This document shows positions 26,024 through 41,000 of a DNA stretch of 60,573 nt, piece by piece. Location: assembly GCF_000181795.1 (NCBI RefSeq), contig NW_003526941.1, positions 501,453-562,025 of the forward strand, in the 5' to 3' direction. The notes under the pieces are model-generated. The model did not search any database. It worked only from the letters and a program-made list of their open reading frames with translations, and was not told where the DNA came from. Within the stretch, counting starts at the first letter, position 1. Each line of letters begins with the position of its first letter. The DNA comes from Trichinella spiralis. Taxonomy: Eukaryota. The position numbers were made by a program, and so were the translations under genes.

Positions 26024-29000
26024 GACTGTCCTATCTGACATCCTAAATGAAGAAGGATGATTTGTGAATTGAAGTCATGTTTATCAGGAAGTGTGATCGC
26101 CGGTCACTGAGCGAAAATGGCAACCAATCTGTGTAGCCAAATGGGTCAGAACGAGAACCAAAGACAGGAGAGATAAAGTGCAGTGTCTGCGCTAAACCTC
26201 AGGGAACGTTTGTCCAAGCACGTTTTCTAAATTAGCTGGTAAACAAAAACAGCTCTCTGGCTCGTCACGCTGTGCTTTGGCGTCAATTAATTGGATCGCT
26301 TGGGAATGGCATCAATTTGGACATTGATCTTGACATGCGACTGTGACGTGCTGAACTGAAAACGTGAATTTCTCTTCTGACACGACCCGGTGAAAATGCC
26401 AGGGATCAGTCGAACTGAATTATTCGTGATAATCCCCATCGCACGACGTTGGCATTTTTGAAGTTCAAACAGCAAAATTGTTGGGTTTGTTTGTGCAAAG
26501 ATTATCAAAGAATTTCGAAAGAACCGAACTCTCACAATATTGAAGAAATCAAATAAACAATCGCTTGCTTACCTCACTGATGAAGATATCTGTTTGTGTA
26601 TCGTCAACAGAACCATAGCAGAGTGTCAGGCCCAATTTCTGTTTGGCCGAATGACGCTTCAGTGTCACTTCCTGAAATGGTCAAAAATGAAAAATATACA
26701 TCAGTAATTGGTGATGCAAGGATCAACTGAAAAGGTTAAAATTGAAATATAAAAGGAATGAAATATTTGAACTGACACCGACAACAAACTAACTTTGCAT
26801 TTGGAGAAAAGTCGTTTGCACAACGTGTTCATTTTGAAGGACTGTCGTCAGTTGGAGAAAGACCACCCGAAATAAAGTTGGAAAATAGCAATGGAAATGG
26901 AAAAATAATGGAAATGAAGAAAAAACTGAACGGAGGCTTGAAAACCGACGATGTTGTAGTAGTAGCAATCGAGGTCGCGATTAAGCAACGGGTCACAAAT
27001 CAAGGACGAGTGCCGTGGGATTATATGGCGAAATAATTGGCTCCACTAGCTTGGGCCAATATCTTTACGCTGCGACGAACCGAACTTTTCGATGTGGTCA
27101 AAGTGAACAACAGGCGTTTGGGTGGCTCAAGTGAATGTACTGATGACGCTTAGCGAAAGCGCTGTTTAACCGACTGTGAGGGGAAAGAAAAACCGCTCGA
27201 CAGTGGACAATGGTCACTTTTACCATTGGAAGATGGTCGAGGTCGTGACACGCCTGCGCGGGCCACTTCTGGTCTGGTAACTAGAAACTACGCGCTGCCG
27301 GGCCGACGGCGGATTAACTGGCGTGGGCGCCGGCCGTGTCGGCTACCAATTAACCCAGCTAATATCTAAGCCGGCTTTGACCGAGAAATTTACACACAAC
27401 ACCGGCAGCAGCGCGTTTGTTGCACGTCGGCGCCGCACATCCCGAAGTTTTTCTTTCTCTCCCTTTCATCTCCAACCAACTGGTAAACTTTACCGAAAGA
27501 TTCACCGAGCAGCAGTTGCCACTCTTACAAATACACTTCAAAAAACTAAATCCAAATATAATAATCTCCTACCTCATATTCGATGCCATATTGGCATAAT
27601 TCATTATTCACTTCATCATCGTTGCCATTGTATGGCTTATTATCGTCGTCGTTGTCATCATCATCATCATCATTGTCGTTGTCATTATTATGCCAGTAAT
27701 TTGGATGCATTGTTTTCATTTTTACAGAAGCAACGCACGAATCATGGGCTTGCCTATAAATATTTAAAAAATTGTTTTACACAACAAAGAATATATTTCG
27801 CAGGGAAAAAGCGACTTATTGAGAAAAAGTTAATCAAATTCAGCAGTGCTTTGGTTTTCTGTTTGAATATTACCTAAAGTAGAATGTCTTACAATTTGAC
27901 TTATGCCGCTAATTGTATAAAATTGAAAAGTGGACTGAATATCAAAATTGAATATAGTTAATCGACTAGTGAATGAAAGATACTAATAGATTGATTGCTG
28001 TGGAAATTTTTTAATCTGAAATATGTTGTGCATGTATTTTGCGGGCAGTGAAAAGGAGCAGAATGGCAATTGATATTTGTCCTACCTCAGCGTTGGTTCA
28101 ACAGTTTCATAGATGTAGACTTTGAAACGCGGTGTTAGGTGAGAAAGAGGAGTATAAAGATAACTTGCAACGTTAACGAGAAAATTCTCTTGAGAGTTCA
28201 ATTTCAAGAGAGGCAGCAGTACCACGTTTGTTATTATGTATGATGATCATTAGGCAATAGCAGGGCATTATTTGTTCGCTGCTTGATTATGCAGCATTTG
28301 GCTACAATTTGCAATCAAAATCCATTTGTAAAAGAAACAGAGCAACAACAGGAGGAGAAGCATCAGCTTTTGTTTGGATAATCTGATTTGTGCACTTCGT
28401 TGTTTTTAACTTTCCTCTGCTAAAATTTCACATTTAAGATGTTCGGTAAAATCAAACGGCAACTATTCTGCTGCAATTGTCAGTGATGCACGCATTTATT
28501 GTTGAGCAAATTGAAAAGAATTTTTTTTTAACATACTGCTTTTCTTATTTTGTCTAAACATTATTTGAATGCTTAAATGTTGTGGTGATAGTTTTTCCTG
28601 TTTTTCATTTTATGTATTCTTTTTTTTTGTTATTCGTGCAATTATGTAATTGAAGAAGATGGGTGAAATGTCATTTCGGGGTCATTTTTGCAAGTTGAAC
28701 ATTATTTGTAAATCTGCATCTGTTTTTAAATTGTTAGTGAAATGTAATTGCAGCTAAAAGAGGCTTTCAGTAAATTGAAATCTTAGACGGAAGCAAAGAG
28801 AAGTAAGAAGAGAGTCATTTTTTACAGTTCTACTCTTTTCACATAGATTGCATTACACAACAACCACGATGGATGGATGGATTTCTGTCAGTGTTTTAAA
28901 ATTTAACTTAGATTCAAGATTGGATAATTTCATCACTTCAGTTAATTGAAAAGAAAAGGAAACTTATCTGAATTAGGTGATCGAGTGTTGAAATATGAAA

Positions 29001-32000
29001 TGATTTGCTTACCGGGGTGAAACAGTTGAGGTTGAGTTGGAGCTGACAATTTTGGCTAAATCAGAAGAGGAGGAGGTAGCTTGTGAACTGGTATTATTGT
29101 TTTTATCGTAGTCGTTGTCTTCTTCTGCAGGCCAGTCAAGAACTTGATAAGCGTTCTCTTCTTCAGCTTCATTGTCAGAATAGTTATCATTGGTTGTACT
29201 GCACGGATCTGTCTGAGTGCTTATTGAAATTGTCCTAGCCGGGGGAGGTGGAAATGCTACTATGCCTGATAGAAGTGATCTGGACGGACAATTGGATCCG
29301 GACGCCAGTTTTGATCTTGGACGGGACCGCTTTGTTCTACAAACCTGTTGCTGCAGTTGTTGGTGCTAAATTAAAAGCAAGAACAATGATGAGCTGAAAG
29401 AAAAAACAATGAAAATCATGCATAGCATAAAAATAAATTAATGAATAAATATAATGAGAAGGATTTTGCAAATGCTTTGAAAAGAAGATAAAGATCAGCA
29501 ACTTGGATCGAAACTGCGGCACCGCCTGACCACGCGCGTCGAATTTACACATTGAATTATTTGGCGGCATCTTTTTGAAAATGCTCGTTTTAAGAAAATA
29601 GGCAACGATTACGCGGACATTTGGAAAGCGCTCGTTAACGCCAAAAGCGCCTAATTTAAATATGAGAAAGCTTTTCAAAAGCTCGCCGACACTGCAACAA
29701 TGCAAACTGGCGCGTGGCGCTTTTTATCTTTTTGCCTGATGAACCATTAAAATTACGGATGATCACTTTTGCATAGCCAGAATCTTGTTGCAAAGTTTTT
29801 TTCAGAATTTTACTGGCATACCACACACACACAACAACAACAACAACAACTATACTGGCATTGTTATAATTAATTATCCATGTTGAATCTTCTGTATAAT
29901 GAATTGTCCATTTGTTCTATTCGTCAGTTAGTTAGTTAGAAAAACAATAGCCAGCTAATAGAAAGGTGCAGTAGGTCAGGGGGTTAATGGGAAAACGTTG
30001 CTCTGTTCAGTCATTGTGTGTGCTTTTTGCTTGGAACAAAACAAACACAAGTATACATATATGTATGCGTGACTTTAAACGTTACCGCTTAGAAGTTAGT
30101 ATAGCATGAGCCGATCTTGTCATCAACTTCCAAGGTGCATCGGCTTCGTTGTGGATCACTGTTGATTGATGGACTACTTTACCGAAAATGTCGATTAAAC
30201 GACGATCCCCTCTAGCGGCTGATATTAATCACATGGAGCGTCAAGGCGAGGAACGATGGGAAAATTGATTGCATCAACGATAAGCCTGTGTTGTACTCTC
30301 GGCAAACGAGGAAAATGAGAACGCTAACCTTCATCGTTGCTCACGTATGCACTGAATACATTATTGATGCATCCACATCGATGCATGTATACTTGCGAGA
30401 TTTAAATGCTTAATAAAATGAAGAAGAATTCACAAACCTGAATTTTGATGGAATTGGAAAGTCGCAAAGAATGAAAAATTGCGATTAAGCTGAAAATCCG
30501 TCTGAGAAGCGAATAAATATTTTCAGTTGCAACAAGTCTAACGGCAAGCTGTCAAGGGTGTGACTGACCAGTCGTCACACGTCTGTGAGAAAGCAGACAC
30601 GGGTGACAGCTGAAAACTGTTGCACAAACAGCTCAGCGGTGAGATCAAAGTTGCAACCGCTGGCAATTAGCAATGCTTCAAATCATCTTTGAGGCGCCAA
30701 TCGAAAACTGTCCGTCTTTGCCGTAGCTAGACAAAGCAAGCTGGGTAGATGAAATGTTGCAACAAAATGAATGAATGACAGAAAAATCGGCGGTGCATAA
30801 TAAAGCAAAAGAAATTAAGGAAGAAAAATTGCTACTTTGGTTATCATGAAAATACTGAAAAGTTTTTTTGGATGAAAATGGCATTTTCCTGCTGTGCAAA
30901 ATATCATATTAACATTGACAATTAGTTGTCAAGGAAATGACCAGCAGAAAATTCAATACGAAACCCGTCGACACCGAGGGCTTGGATATGGCCCATCATA
31001 CGGCAACCCATCCACTATTCTCTGGAGATTGGCTTTCGTCTACACTCAACAACGGTGACATTCACTGCGAGACACAACAGCATCTATAGTTGATCGTTGC
31101 TCTGTGAAATGGCGGAATCAATTTTTAATTTTACAATTTTTTCAACCTGTATATAACAACAATCTGCAACGGACACGTTAGCGTCTTATAAAAGTAGTTA
31201 TCAAAATCAGCAAATTCTTTTTGCAATGTGCAATAACAATTTTCGAACTCTCACGTTGATGTTTCAGTCAGAAACAAATGACCGACCAAATAGCCAAGGT
31301 CAGTTGGCATACGCCTGGTTTACGTCAGAGTGTTTTTCCACGTAATCGGCTAGTTTTTAGCACAACAGATGAGTGAACAGAATTAAAAATGTGTGCTGCT
31401 GATTGAATAGAATTGAAAAATGGCTGTTTTTTGTGCCATTTCAGAAAAATATCACCAATCAACCTCTAGCCATAAAAGTTTGTTAATCCATCACAGAAAC
31501 TGAACTGAACTGAACTGCAAATCTATTTTGAATTATTATTACGGTAGTGTACCTTTTTCACTTGGAATATCAATGAAGATGAAAAATTTTCAATCTATTT
31601 GATTGATTCATCAACCAGTTGGGTAGATAGATATTCATTAATTCAGTCTCTCTCCATCTGGTTCAATATCTCATAGTTATCATTGAAATTTATAATATGT
31701 TTCAAATGACGGTAGTTATCTGGTGGAAACTGTTTCTTTTTTGCAGTTAGGAAAGTATTTCACAAGATAACTAATGAATATCTTAGAAACAAATTAAGTG
31801 TACAAGCAGAAATTTTACAGTGGCACTTGAAATGAATTATTGTTTGTTGAATTCAGAACATTTTGATCAAAATCATGCATTTTTGCGGCACTTTATAATT
31901 GATCGGCGAATATTTACAGAGCGGTCAGAGAATGAAAATAGCGGCATAGTCAGCTAAAATGTCTTTCGGATCAGGCTCATTATAGAAAATGCTTGTCAAT

Positions 32001-35000
32001 ATTTTTTCTAAGCTTGGCTACCTCTCTACTGAGAAAATCATTAACTCCTTGACAGCCTGATTGTTTCGATCAATTTTTGGTTGTCTTAAAAGGAATCTAT
32101 TTGTATGCATTTATATAATTACAAATAGCAGTGTGAATATAACTTATTCAACACTGAAATACGGTGTAATCAAAGTCAGAAAATACAATTCAGCTGTGAA
32201 GCCATATAGGAAGAATAATGTGCATTTTATCAGATGGTTAGATATTCTATTATGTAGGTGCTATAAAGAGAAAAGTTGTCAAGGATTAATTTGCAATTTC
32301 ACATAAAAGTGCACGTGAAACTGAAGGTCACTTGGATTCTTACAATGGTTGTAGTGTGCAATGCATTCGCGGACGATAACTTGAATATAGCATTTAAGTG
32401 AAAAAAAGTGAGGATAATGATGACGATGGGCCAGATGTTCTGACTTGGACAGTGTGTTGCTTCCGTTTCACATAAATCAAGGCAGCTAGCTGTTGAGGTC
32501 ATGAAGTGCGGCTGTTCGCGTGTCGGATCCATTCAGAAAAAACCTCCAGGCATGGAATAAATAGAAAAACAGCGTTCATCAGCAGAAATCGAAACTGACT
32601 GTTGGACGTGACAAGCGCTCAACAGGCATGCTGCCTCTGGCAATCCACTTTGTCGAAAGATAGCTTTGTTTTTCTTAGCAAATTGTTTTTTGCGCACATG
32701 TATAAGCTTTACAGCAGAAGTGAAATACAGCAAATTGAAATTTAGAAAAAACAAACAACATTCTTCCCGTTTGTGTTTTTATCAAATTCGCCTCATCGCG
32801 GTATCTTAACTAGCATGTGATTTTCATAAATGCAAAAATCAAAAAAAAACGAAGAATCAATTACTTGAACAGTCACACTTATTAAATGTTGTGCATTCTA
32901 AATTTCCAACAACCCAAACGTTGGTTATATTTTCTTTTTTTTAAAGCAAAAGGTTTCAGTTGTCCTTCTTAAAGAATACTTGAATTAGCAACATGGTAAA
33001 AACTTCATCTTGTATTTGTTGCATGCAGAAATTTGTACAATATTTGTATTGTTTGCAAAATGAAATCGATAAAATAGCAGTAGTGGTAAATGAATTCACG
33101 CGATCTATTTCTGAATAATAATTTCTATGAGGAGTGGGAATTATAAATTTGCAAAGGTAGAAGACCGTGATTTGCGGTTTAGTGACTGTTTCTTCGATAT
33201 TGAATGCGAAACCAGGTGCTGTTGAGGTTTACCCGAGTGATTGAATTAGTCAATGAATTAGCATGCATTGTCATTAAAATGGCTGATCTGGGAAGCAGGG
33301 AGCTGGGAAAAGGAACTTTGTCAAAAAGAAAATGATACAAATAGCGAAATTGTTAATCATAGCAACGCATCGTTGCGTGAGATATTGGCACGGATGTTGA
33401 TCGGATAGAATCGAAATGACTAGCTGTCTGGAAATGCAATAACAGCTGCAAACGGAGACGAATCAAAATAACACGAAACGAAGAATACAATTTCTACCTT
33501 GGATTTTGTATTCGTCAATTAAGTATTGGAAGGAAACAAAAATCGAAGAATCTATTCCATTACCTGCAATGTTGAAGAGGACCAGGCTGGGGATTGTACT
33601 AGACAGTTTGGGCGGTAGCGAAGAATATTGCACATTTTTGGTGATTGGACATTGTTTATCGGGAGATAGTGAGAAAATCCAGAAACGAGCGACATTTGCC
33701 GTCGAAGTGAGTGGAAAGAATAACAGGGGTGGAAGAAACAGATGATGAAGAGAAAAACAATTGAGAGTGAGGGGAAGACCGCACAGAGCGAAGCGGACGA
33801 TTTATTATGTTGACCGAAGAGCTTTTCTAGGACTGAAAAATGGCGCCTTGCTGAGAGTCGGCCGTTTTGCAGACGCGCGCTAAGCTCGAATAAGCTGACC
33901 AGGGTCAGGCGGCTAATTCAAAGCTTCCGCGATCACCTGTCATCTGGACATGGACCATATTTCACCGCAGGTGACGGCATAACAGCACAGCGGTTCTCTT
34001 GGGTCTTTGGGTCAGGGGCCTTCTCTACTGCTACTTTACCCTTGCTCATCTTTTTCATTTACGTGAGGTCGGAGCTAATTGATGCCACCAGCTAGTGAAT
34101 TACAATAGCTGCGCCCAGATGTTCTTGCCTGATGAGCTCTTTCAGCAGTTAGATGAATCTATTGTGGCGGATCGCAACTGGAGGTTTACCTGCGACTGAT
34201 CGGCGCCGATCGTTTAAATCATATCATCTGGTCGACGACTCTTCATTAGTAGCTTATTCAGCAATAGTGCTTTTTCGTTAATAAAAAGCGTGTTCTTTGA
34301 CAGCAGTCGCGTTACGCTATTTTAAATCCGTATATCTACAACACTACAATCTGTCTGCCGTCAAAAAATTAAGACCTGTGTTGTGGGAAAGGTGCTTTCG
34401 AGAAATAACATTGTTTATCAAATGACAATGTTCATATATTTTCAAAATGCAAATAATAAAAGCGTATCATGAGTTCACATCTCATACTCGTCGATGAGCA
34501 AAAAAAATACTGTCGTCTGCTTTTTTAAAAAAAAGTTGTGTTTGCCTGCTGTTAAATTGTCACGTTTGAACTGTATTCTTGTTTCTATGCACAACTGAAC
34601 AATGATATTATTATAATTCCGCTGTTATAGCATGCATGCAAACTGGGATATTATACTTTCAACTGCGTTTCAAATGTTGCGCTTGTTTTTGTTGAAGAAT
34701 TGTATTTATTAGTGTAATTATTTCTAACATTTCTATTCTTTGCAACTGGTTAACTTCTTTTTGCCGAAAACGAACACATTTCAGGGAGAACAAGAATCAC
34801 ATTTTCAGTTACCATTTCATTGATTTTAAAAGCAAGGTTGAGAAAGAAATTAATCTTTTTTTCATTACACAGCAATTTTCATATAAGTGAAAAAAATAAG
34901 TTATTCAAACAAAAAATAATTATGCCACTGAACATACCCTCGAATCGGCAAAAAAGTAATCTTTCACTATATAAAATAATTAAGTTTAATTAATTTTACA

Positions 35001-38000
35001 AAAGAGGAAAATAAACGCGATTAAGTATATGTATTATTGTAGTTTATTAACTGTTCGCTTGTTTGTCAATAAATAAACGGAAAATAATAAGTTTATATAT
35101 AAGCGGAAGTAATGTAATTCTCTGGGTTATGTAATCTCAGATTGTACAAACAAATTTGAATTTCAAATGTTCAAACGGGTTAGCAGCGAAAATGTGATTG
35201 ATAATGAATTTAGCATATTCCTGTTCAGTATGATAAGTTTAATGTCAAGCGTATGATTTTGTGGAAACAAAAATGTCTGTCGGATTTTAACTTTATTATA
35301 AGCATTGTTATCGTTGCAGTATTTACTTACTCGCCTGCATTGTACCTCTATTTTACTAATGAATAGTGACTAGTGTACTGATAGTTGAAGCATTGAAAAA
35401 AGCATTGCTAAAGCATCGGTAAAATTTAAAAAGTTAATTATTTTGTTTGAGCTCTGCAATTTATTTAAAGTATACATTTTTGAAGAAGTTGAAAAAGTAC
35501 ATTTTTATAGATTTAAAAAGAAATTTATGTCCTCTTTAGATTTTATGATTTCCCAAGATTACCTGAACTAAGTATCATTAATGAAGAGCAACGGGCAATT
35601 TGCGTGCGTGTGTGTGTGTGCATGTTTATTCTGAGATTCTTCTTCCTCTTCTTCTGCTTTTACAAGTGCAATGCATAATTTCAATGAAATTTGAGAAAGC
35701 CCAACAAGCTTGTTGATCTGTGGATAAATTGAATTGAAAATCCAATAGTACATGTAGTGTGATAATTGTAGTAATGTTGATGACATGTATGAATATGAAA
35801 TGTTCACGAAAGAATTATCAACCATTTCTTCCTATGCTATGCACCTTTGATAATAATGGAAAGATGGAAATTTTTTTTGATTTGTACAATAATACACCAA
35901 TACAATTGCATGTACTTAATTCTCATCGTAAATACATATATACCGAAGAAAGAGTTGGCTAAATCGAATTGGGTTACCTGCCATAAATTTGGTTGATGTT
36001 AATGTTGTTATTTGGTAACTTTTTCTGTTAACTGTCAATGGAAAAGAGATTGCTCTCCAAGTCCAAGTTAGGTGGGACATGGTGAGCTAACTGAAGATCG
36101 CCTTGTTAGGAAAGGATATAATTTTGTGCAGCGTCGGATTTCGGTTCATGTTGCCAAACAAAAGTAGAACCGAAGAAAAGGTTTTCGACCTTGACACCTG
36201 CGCCGTACTGTTTGCCCATCTCCATTCAGGAACGAGTTGGGCAAACAAGCTGGCCCCCGTTGAACAGCCTTCTAGGCTAGACCGAACTAAGTAACGCCTG
36301 CCTGCTTGCCTGCTCGCCTGCTTGCTTGCTTGCATGTTGGGATGGTTGTAAAACTCGCGCGCAAGTTTGACATTCTGTCCAGTGTTGCTAGTGTAGAAAA
36401 ATGCCAACCGAGAGACATCATCTCGGTCGGTCGCTGTGTCATTTTCGAGGTCACATATCTAGCCAATTTGACCCCACCGGGGCAGAAGAAGAAGAAGGAG
36501 GTGCGCAGGTGTCGAATTTGCCGTGTTGCTAGTTTTTGTTTTCATCCTCGTCAATGTAAGCAACAACGCTGCCCTTAGCAATTAACCTTGATCATTTTTA
36601 TTACTGTAATAGTGTCAAGGCAGAAAACGGAACTGCAGTTAGGGATTGATTAGGATCGTTAATTTTATTACTGCCGCAGCTATTATAATTGCAATAACAA
36701 CAAGTGAACTCGATTATGATGATTCTTGCAATTTATGATGAACGTATTATAAAATGTACGAAAACATAAGACGAGGGAAAAAGTGCAATCGACAATTATC
36801 ACTTGTTGATGTTGTAGCATAGCAAGTTAGACGGTAAAACAGTGATTGTTAAAACCGGGCGAAACAGATTGTTCTCAAATGGCGGAATGAGCGAAAAAGA
36901 AAAACTGAGCTGAAGCAAAACAAGAAAAACGTGGTGGCAGTAGTGTTGTTAAATGAGAAAAACAGATTTGCTTTTTCTGAAGCAAGAAGTATCAACTGCA
37001 GCAATATATTGGCATAAATGTGCATACTTGCTGAAACATACACGCACAACCGTCTGGAAGAGAACGCTGACTTGTTGAAAAGGACATGGCAGCTGCTGAA
37101 ATGGCCATTATGCAGTGTAAGGTAAAATTTGGCGGAAAATGTTTGATTTATTAGCCAGCGGAAAAAGGAGCCGGCCGAAATGTGTTCAACAACTGACTCG
37201 ACACTGAAGTAGCGTGTAAAACGGGCGGGGGAACGTGATCTCGACAACTTTTTTGATTTTTTTCGTTGTTTTTGATGGATACCTCTTGCCTCTCTCCCTC
37301 TCTCATTTCACTTATCACTGATGGCACGTGACAAATGGAAATTTTCATGTTTGCATTGTAATCGAAACAAAATTAACAAACACGAAATTCTGAAAAAACT
37401 TTGAAGCACGCTTAGTGTGGAAATTTAAGTTGATCGACTGTTTGTTTCTAAGTAATAGAAAGATGTGAATTAGCGAGGAAAAGGTGATTGTGATTGTCTC
37501 CCTGAAAATAATGCCTTGTCCAAAAAAGCTTGCACTAGGAGAGGTGGAGGTGAAAAGCGGCCTCCGTTCCGGTAACGCTTTCGGAAACGGATTTTTCAAA
37601 CACTCTCTGTTCATGTGAAATTCGTATAAAAGATAAAAAGAATAGCAAATGTTGATAAAATTTCGAGCAAAGGGTGTGGGGTTTTTTAAAAAAAAGTTAA
37701 AAAAATACCAAGATGTTTGCAAAGATGATACATTGCCAGTTGTCAAAGTTGTCAGAGTCAGTATGACGAGGATAAAGTACAGCAGATGTGATTCAGTTTG
37801 AGCAGGGAAAAGACGCAAGTGGTTAGTGCGCAAACATGAATGAACAGGTTAACAACAGGTACAGAAGAACGTCAGCAGTAATGCGTTAGCAAATAGCAGC
37901 AGCTTGCAGTTGCAGTAAATGTCAACGAATGCAACTAGACTTTGCTGAATGAATTTTTAAAACTGACTACAACAAATGCAAAAGTGCGCAAAATCAATGA

Positions 38001-41000
38001 CGCTTGGTCTGCAACGCGTCTCCTCGCTTGGTCGAACGGGATTTCGCGCCTTTCAGGACAGATTTGCGACCGATAAAGGATTTTGACAAGCCAATTGTTC
38101 ATGTCAGATGGTAGAGCGATGCTTTTTCCCTGGATGCCGTTTTCTTATAATTTTTAAATTGATCTGTCTGCATTTGGCAATCTCAACGATGCTTTAATTA
38201 CTGAGCCTTGAGGATTTACCGTGTCGCGCGCTTGGTTGAAATGTCAAAAGTTGCTATCGTAGTTTGAAATGACATAACGGCACCATGCTGAAGGAAATCT
38301 CACACGCGTTCATTTTCTTGTGAGCTTTTTAATTTTTTAAAGTATAACTTTGTCCCATCCAGGCTAGCATGACGCAAGTAAAATTGGATTTGATTTCATA
38401 TTATAATGTGAGCTTAATGCAAATTATTTGTACCAAATGTACCACCACCAATCGTAGTGTTTTTGAACAATTTTTTTTCTGATCATTGGTCATCATTGAT
38501 CGATGCTTTCGCTTAAAAGGTGTGATAGAAAACTCCGTCTGCATGGAAAATGTATTACAACTTATTATCAATGAGTTCGAAGAAGGGAAAAGTATTAATA
38601 TCTCATTTAATGGACTGAATTAATGATGATTTTTGATGAGCTCGACGTCAACTATGTTATTAGCAGCAGTGAAAATAAATGTTCAGAATTATTTGAATCA
38701 CTGGTGACTGATTTTAAAATGCATCTGAAGTTGATTTCGATTTAAGTGATTTTCCAACTTGCTAATCGAAAGATTGCTTATTGCGTTGGAAGATTTCTAA
38801 ATAAATCACTAACAATCTGAATGCTTAAAAATGCCTAAGAGAATAATTGCACATTTTTCTCATATTGTACTATTTGAAGACTCGTTGCCTGAATCTGGGA
38901 TTCTCGTATCGTTTCATCAATTGGATCGTAACGTTCTTTTCACACTATTTTACATAATAAGAACAGTTGCTGAACTTTGCAGATGGAAATTTGCATTTAT
39001 GATTTTGCTCATTTCTCAGTTGTTTTCTTCTGTGTAGATTTTGAAAACTCAAGCTGATTGTTGTTGGGACTAATTATATGCGTATATAATGAATGCTCGC
39101 AGCAAGTGGCGGAAATGGGATATTTGAATGTGAACATTTTTCAAAAAAGTGCTTCAGTGATGTTTTTTGTCGTGAGCAGAAGAAATTAGGCTAATTACTA
39201 AAATTCGAATAATACAAGCTGAATGTAAAACGTTGAACTAACTGTTGGGAGTGAGTGAGAAAATGTGAAGTTTAAGCCAATGCTTGATCGAACAATGCAG
39301 CCGTTGTTGCACGCGTTGAAAAGATAACGAATTATTTTGGACAATAATGAACAAATGGGATATCCGGTACCAGCGGAGTCATAGGTCACAGGAAATGAGC
39401 CTCGGTGGTAGTCAGCTAATCGAACAGATCGTTTTCTAGTCATGGTTGATTTGCTGGTCACCAATGAGTAGTTGGTTGTATTTTTTTTGTCGGTGCCGCT
39501 CGGTTCGAGTACCAAATGTGCTGCTCCGTTGAGCTGAAGCAGAGACGGAATAGACGGCCCACGTTGGCGGCTAACAGACCACACGAACGCTAATATAATT
39601 AATTACGAGAACACCTGCTTAATGCAGACTTGGACAGTTAGAACACGACAGACTGTAGCTGCACGTTTGAGCGATCAAAATGTACCGGCTGATAATTGAA
39701 CAGGTGGAAATGCCGTCGGTCCATTGGGTTTCTGACGATCAAAGAGCTCAGGCAAGCGAAGGTCATGATGGGTCATAAATGAACGCGCATATTCTCTTTA
39801 ACGACAGCCAGGGGGCTGAAATCAACTAGCCGCTCGTTCGAGCTTGTCAACGCCAGATTTACGAGCATCTCGGAAGGTCTTTGCCGACCGGTCGTCGACC
39901 ATTGAACAACATAATCCTTCTACAAACTGGACCCTATTCAAGCTATATTATTAAATTGTCCATTGAGGCTAATGTGTTTTTTCGAAGGTGTTGATCGTAA
40001 TCTTCTATTTGTAAAGAACAATTTACAATGTTCCATATTATCAGTCGACACAAACAACCTTTGCAACAGAACGTTTTGCAATAAAACTGAAGCAGAAGAA
40101 AGTTCTACGCAGCAACAAAATGTGCATCTATTACAGAATGATTCGATGCCCGCAGCATCGCATAATTAATAGCTTCCCTTTTTTTCTGTGTTTAACAAAT
40201 GATCATAATTTAGCGGTGCGACATTTTATCGCTCGTTGTTTAATTTTCTTCCCATCTGAAGATGTTTAAATTTGCCTTCGGCTTGTTCTACATCAGCATT
40301 TTGTATGTTATTGTGAAAAATTTTCTCCCCTTTGTGAGCAATCTCATTTGAAAGTAACAATGTGCAGACAATTTATCTTAGGCGGATATTTAGGAAATGA
40401 CATCACGCAATAAATTATATTAGTAATTTATGCGAAATTTTTCAATAGGGCATTAATTTACCATTTAAAGTTTATCAGAGGTGTCAATTCTACTTTTACA
40501 ACAACTGGGCCTGGTGGTTTTTCCGGATGTAACTACCAAATTAATGGAGTTGGATTGAAGTTTTGTGAAATTTACGACTTTCAAATGTCGATCAAAATTG
40601 TAAATTATAGTTTATTTAAATACTGCTGCACTGCTTTTGTTATCAAGAGTTCACCTCATGAAATGTGTACAAGCATTTAGGTTTGGACAGTTTTACTACT
40701 TTTAACGCATAATAATAATAATAATCACAGTAAATTAAATTCAGAAGCTTTGTAGAATTTTTTTCAAAAACAAGCAACTAAAAGTTGTGGTTATTGAACA
40801 GCTAATGTGATCTTCAGTAAATGAAAAAGCTAATTTATTATCTGCCAACGTTATGTTGTAGTAGTTTTCACTTTTTTATCTTAATGATAACCTGATAAAT
40901 TGTTCGAGCAGAATTTTGCTCAAAATTCATCAAACGCAGGATGAGAAATTATTGATACGAATGAAAGAAAAATATTTTTTCTCTTTTTTACTCTATAATG

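Noticed and set aside
27323..27877. 184-aa plus-strand ORF with His/Cys run
   Set aside because: Antisense to the Asp-rich PDZRN exon 27753-27573, GTG start, no recognisable domain.
39490..39520. tRNA T-loop-like GGTTCGA
   Set aside because: No cloverleaf or A-box context.
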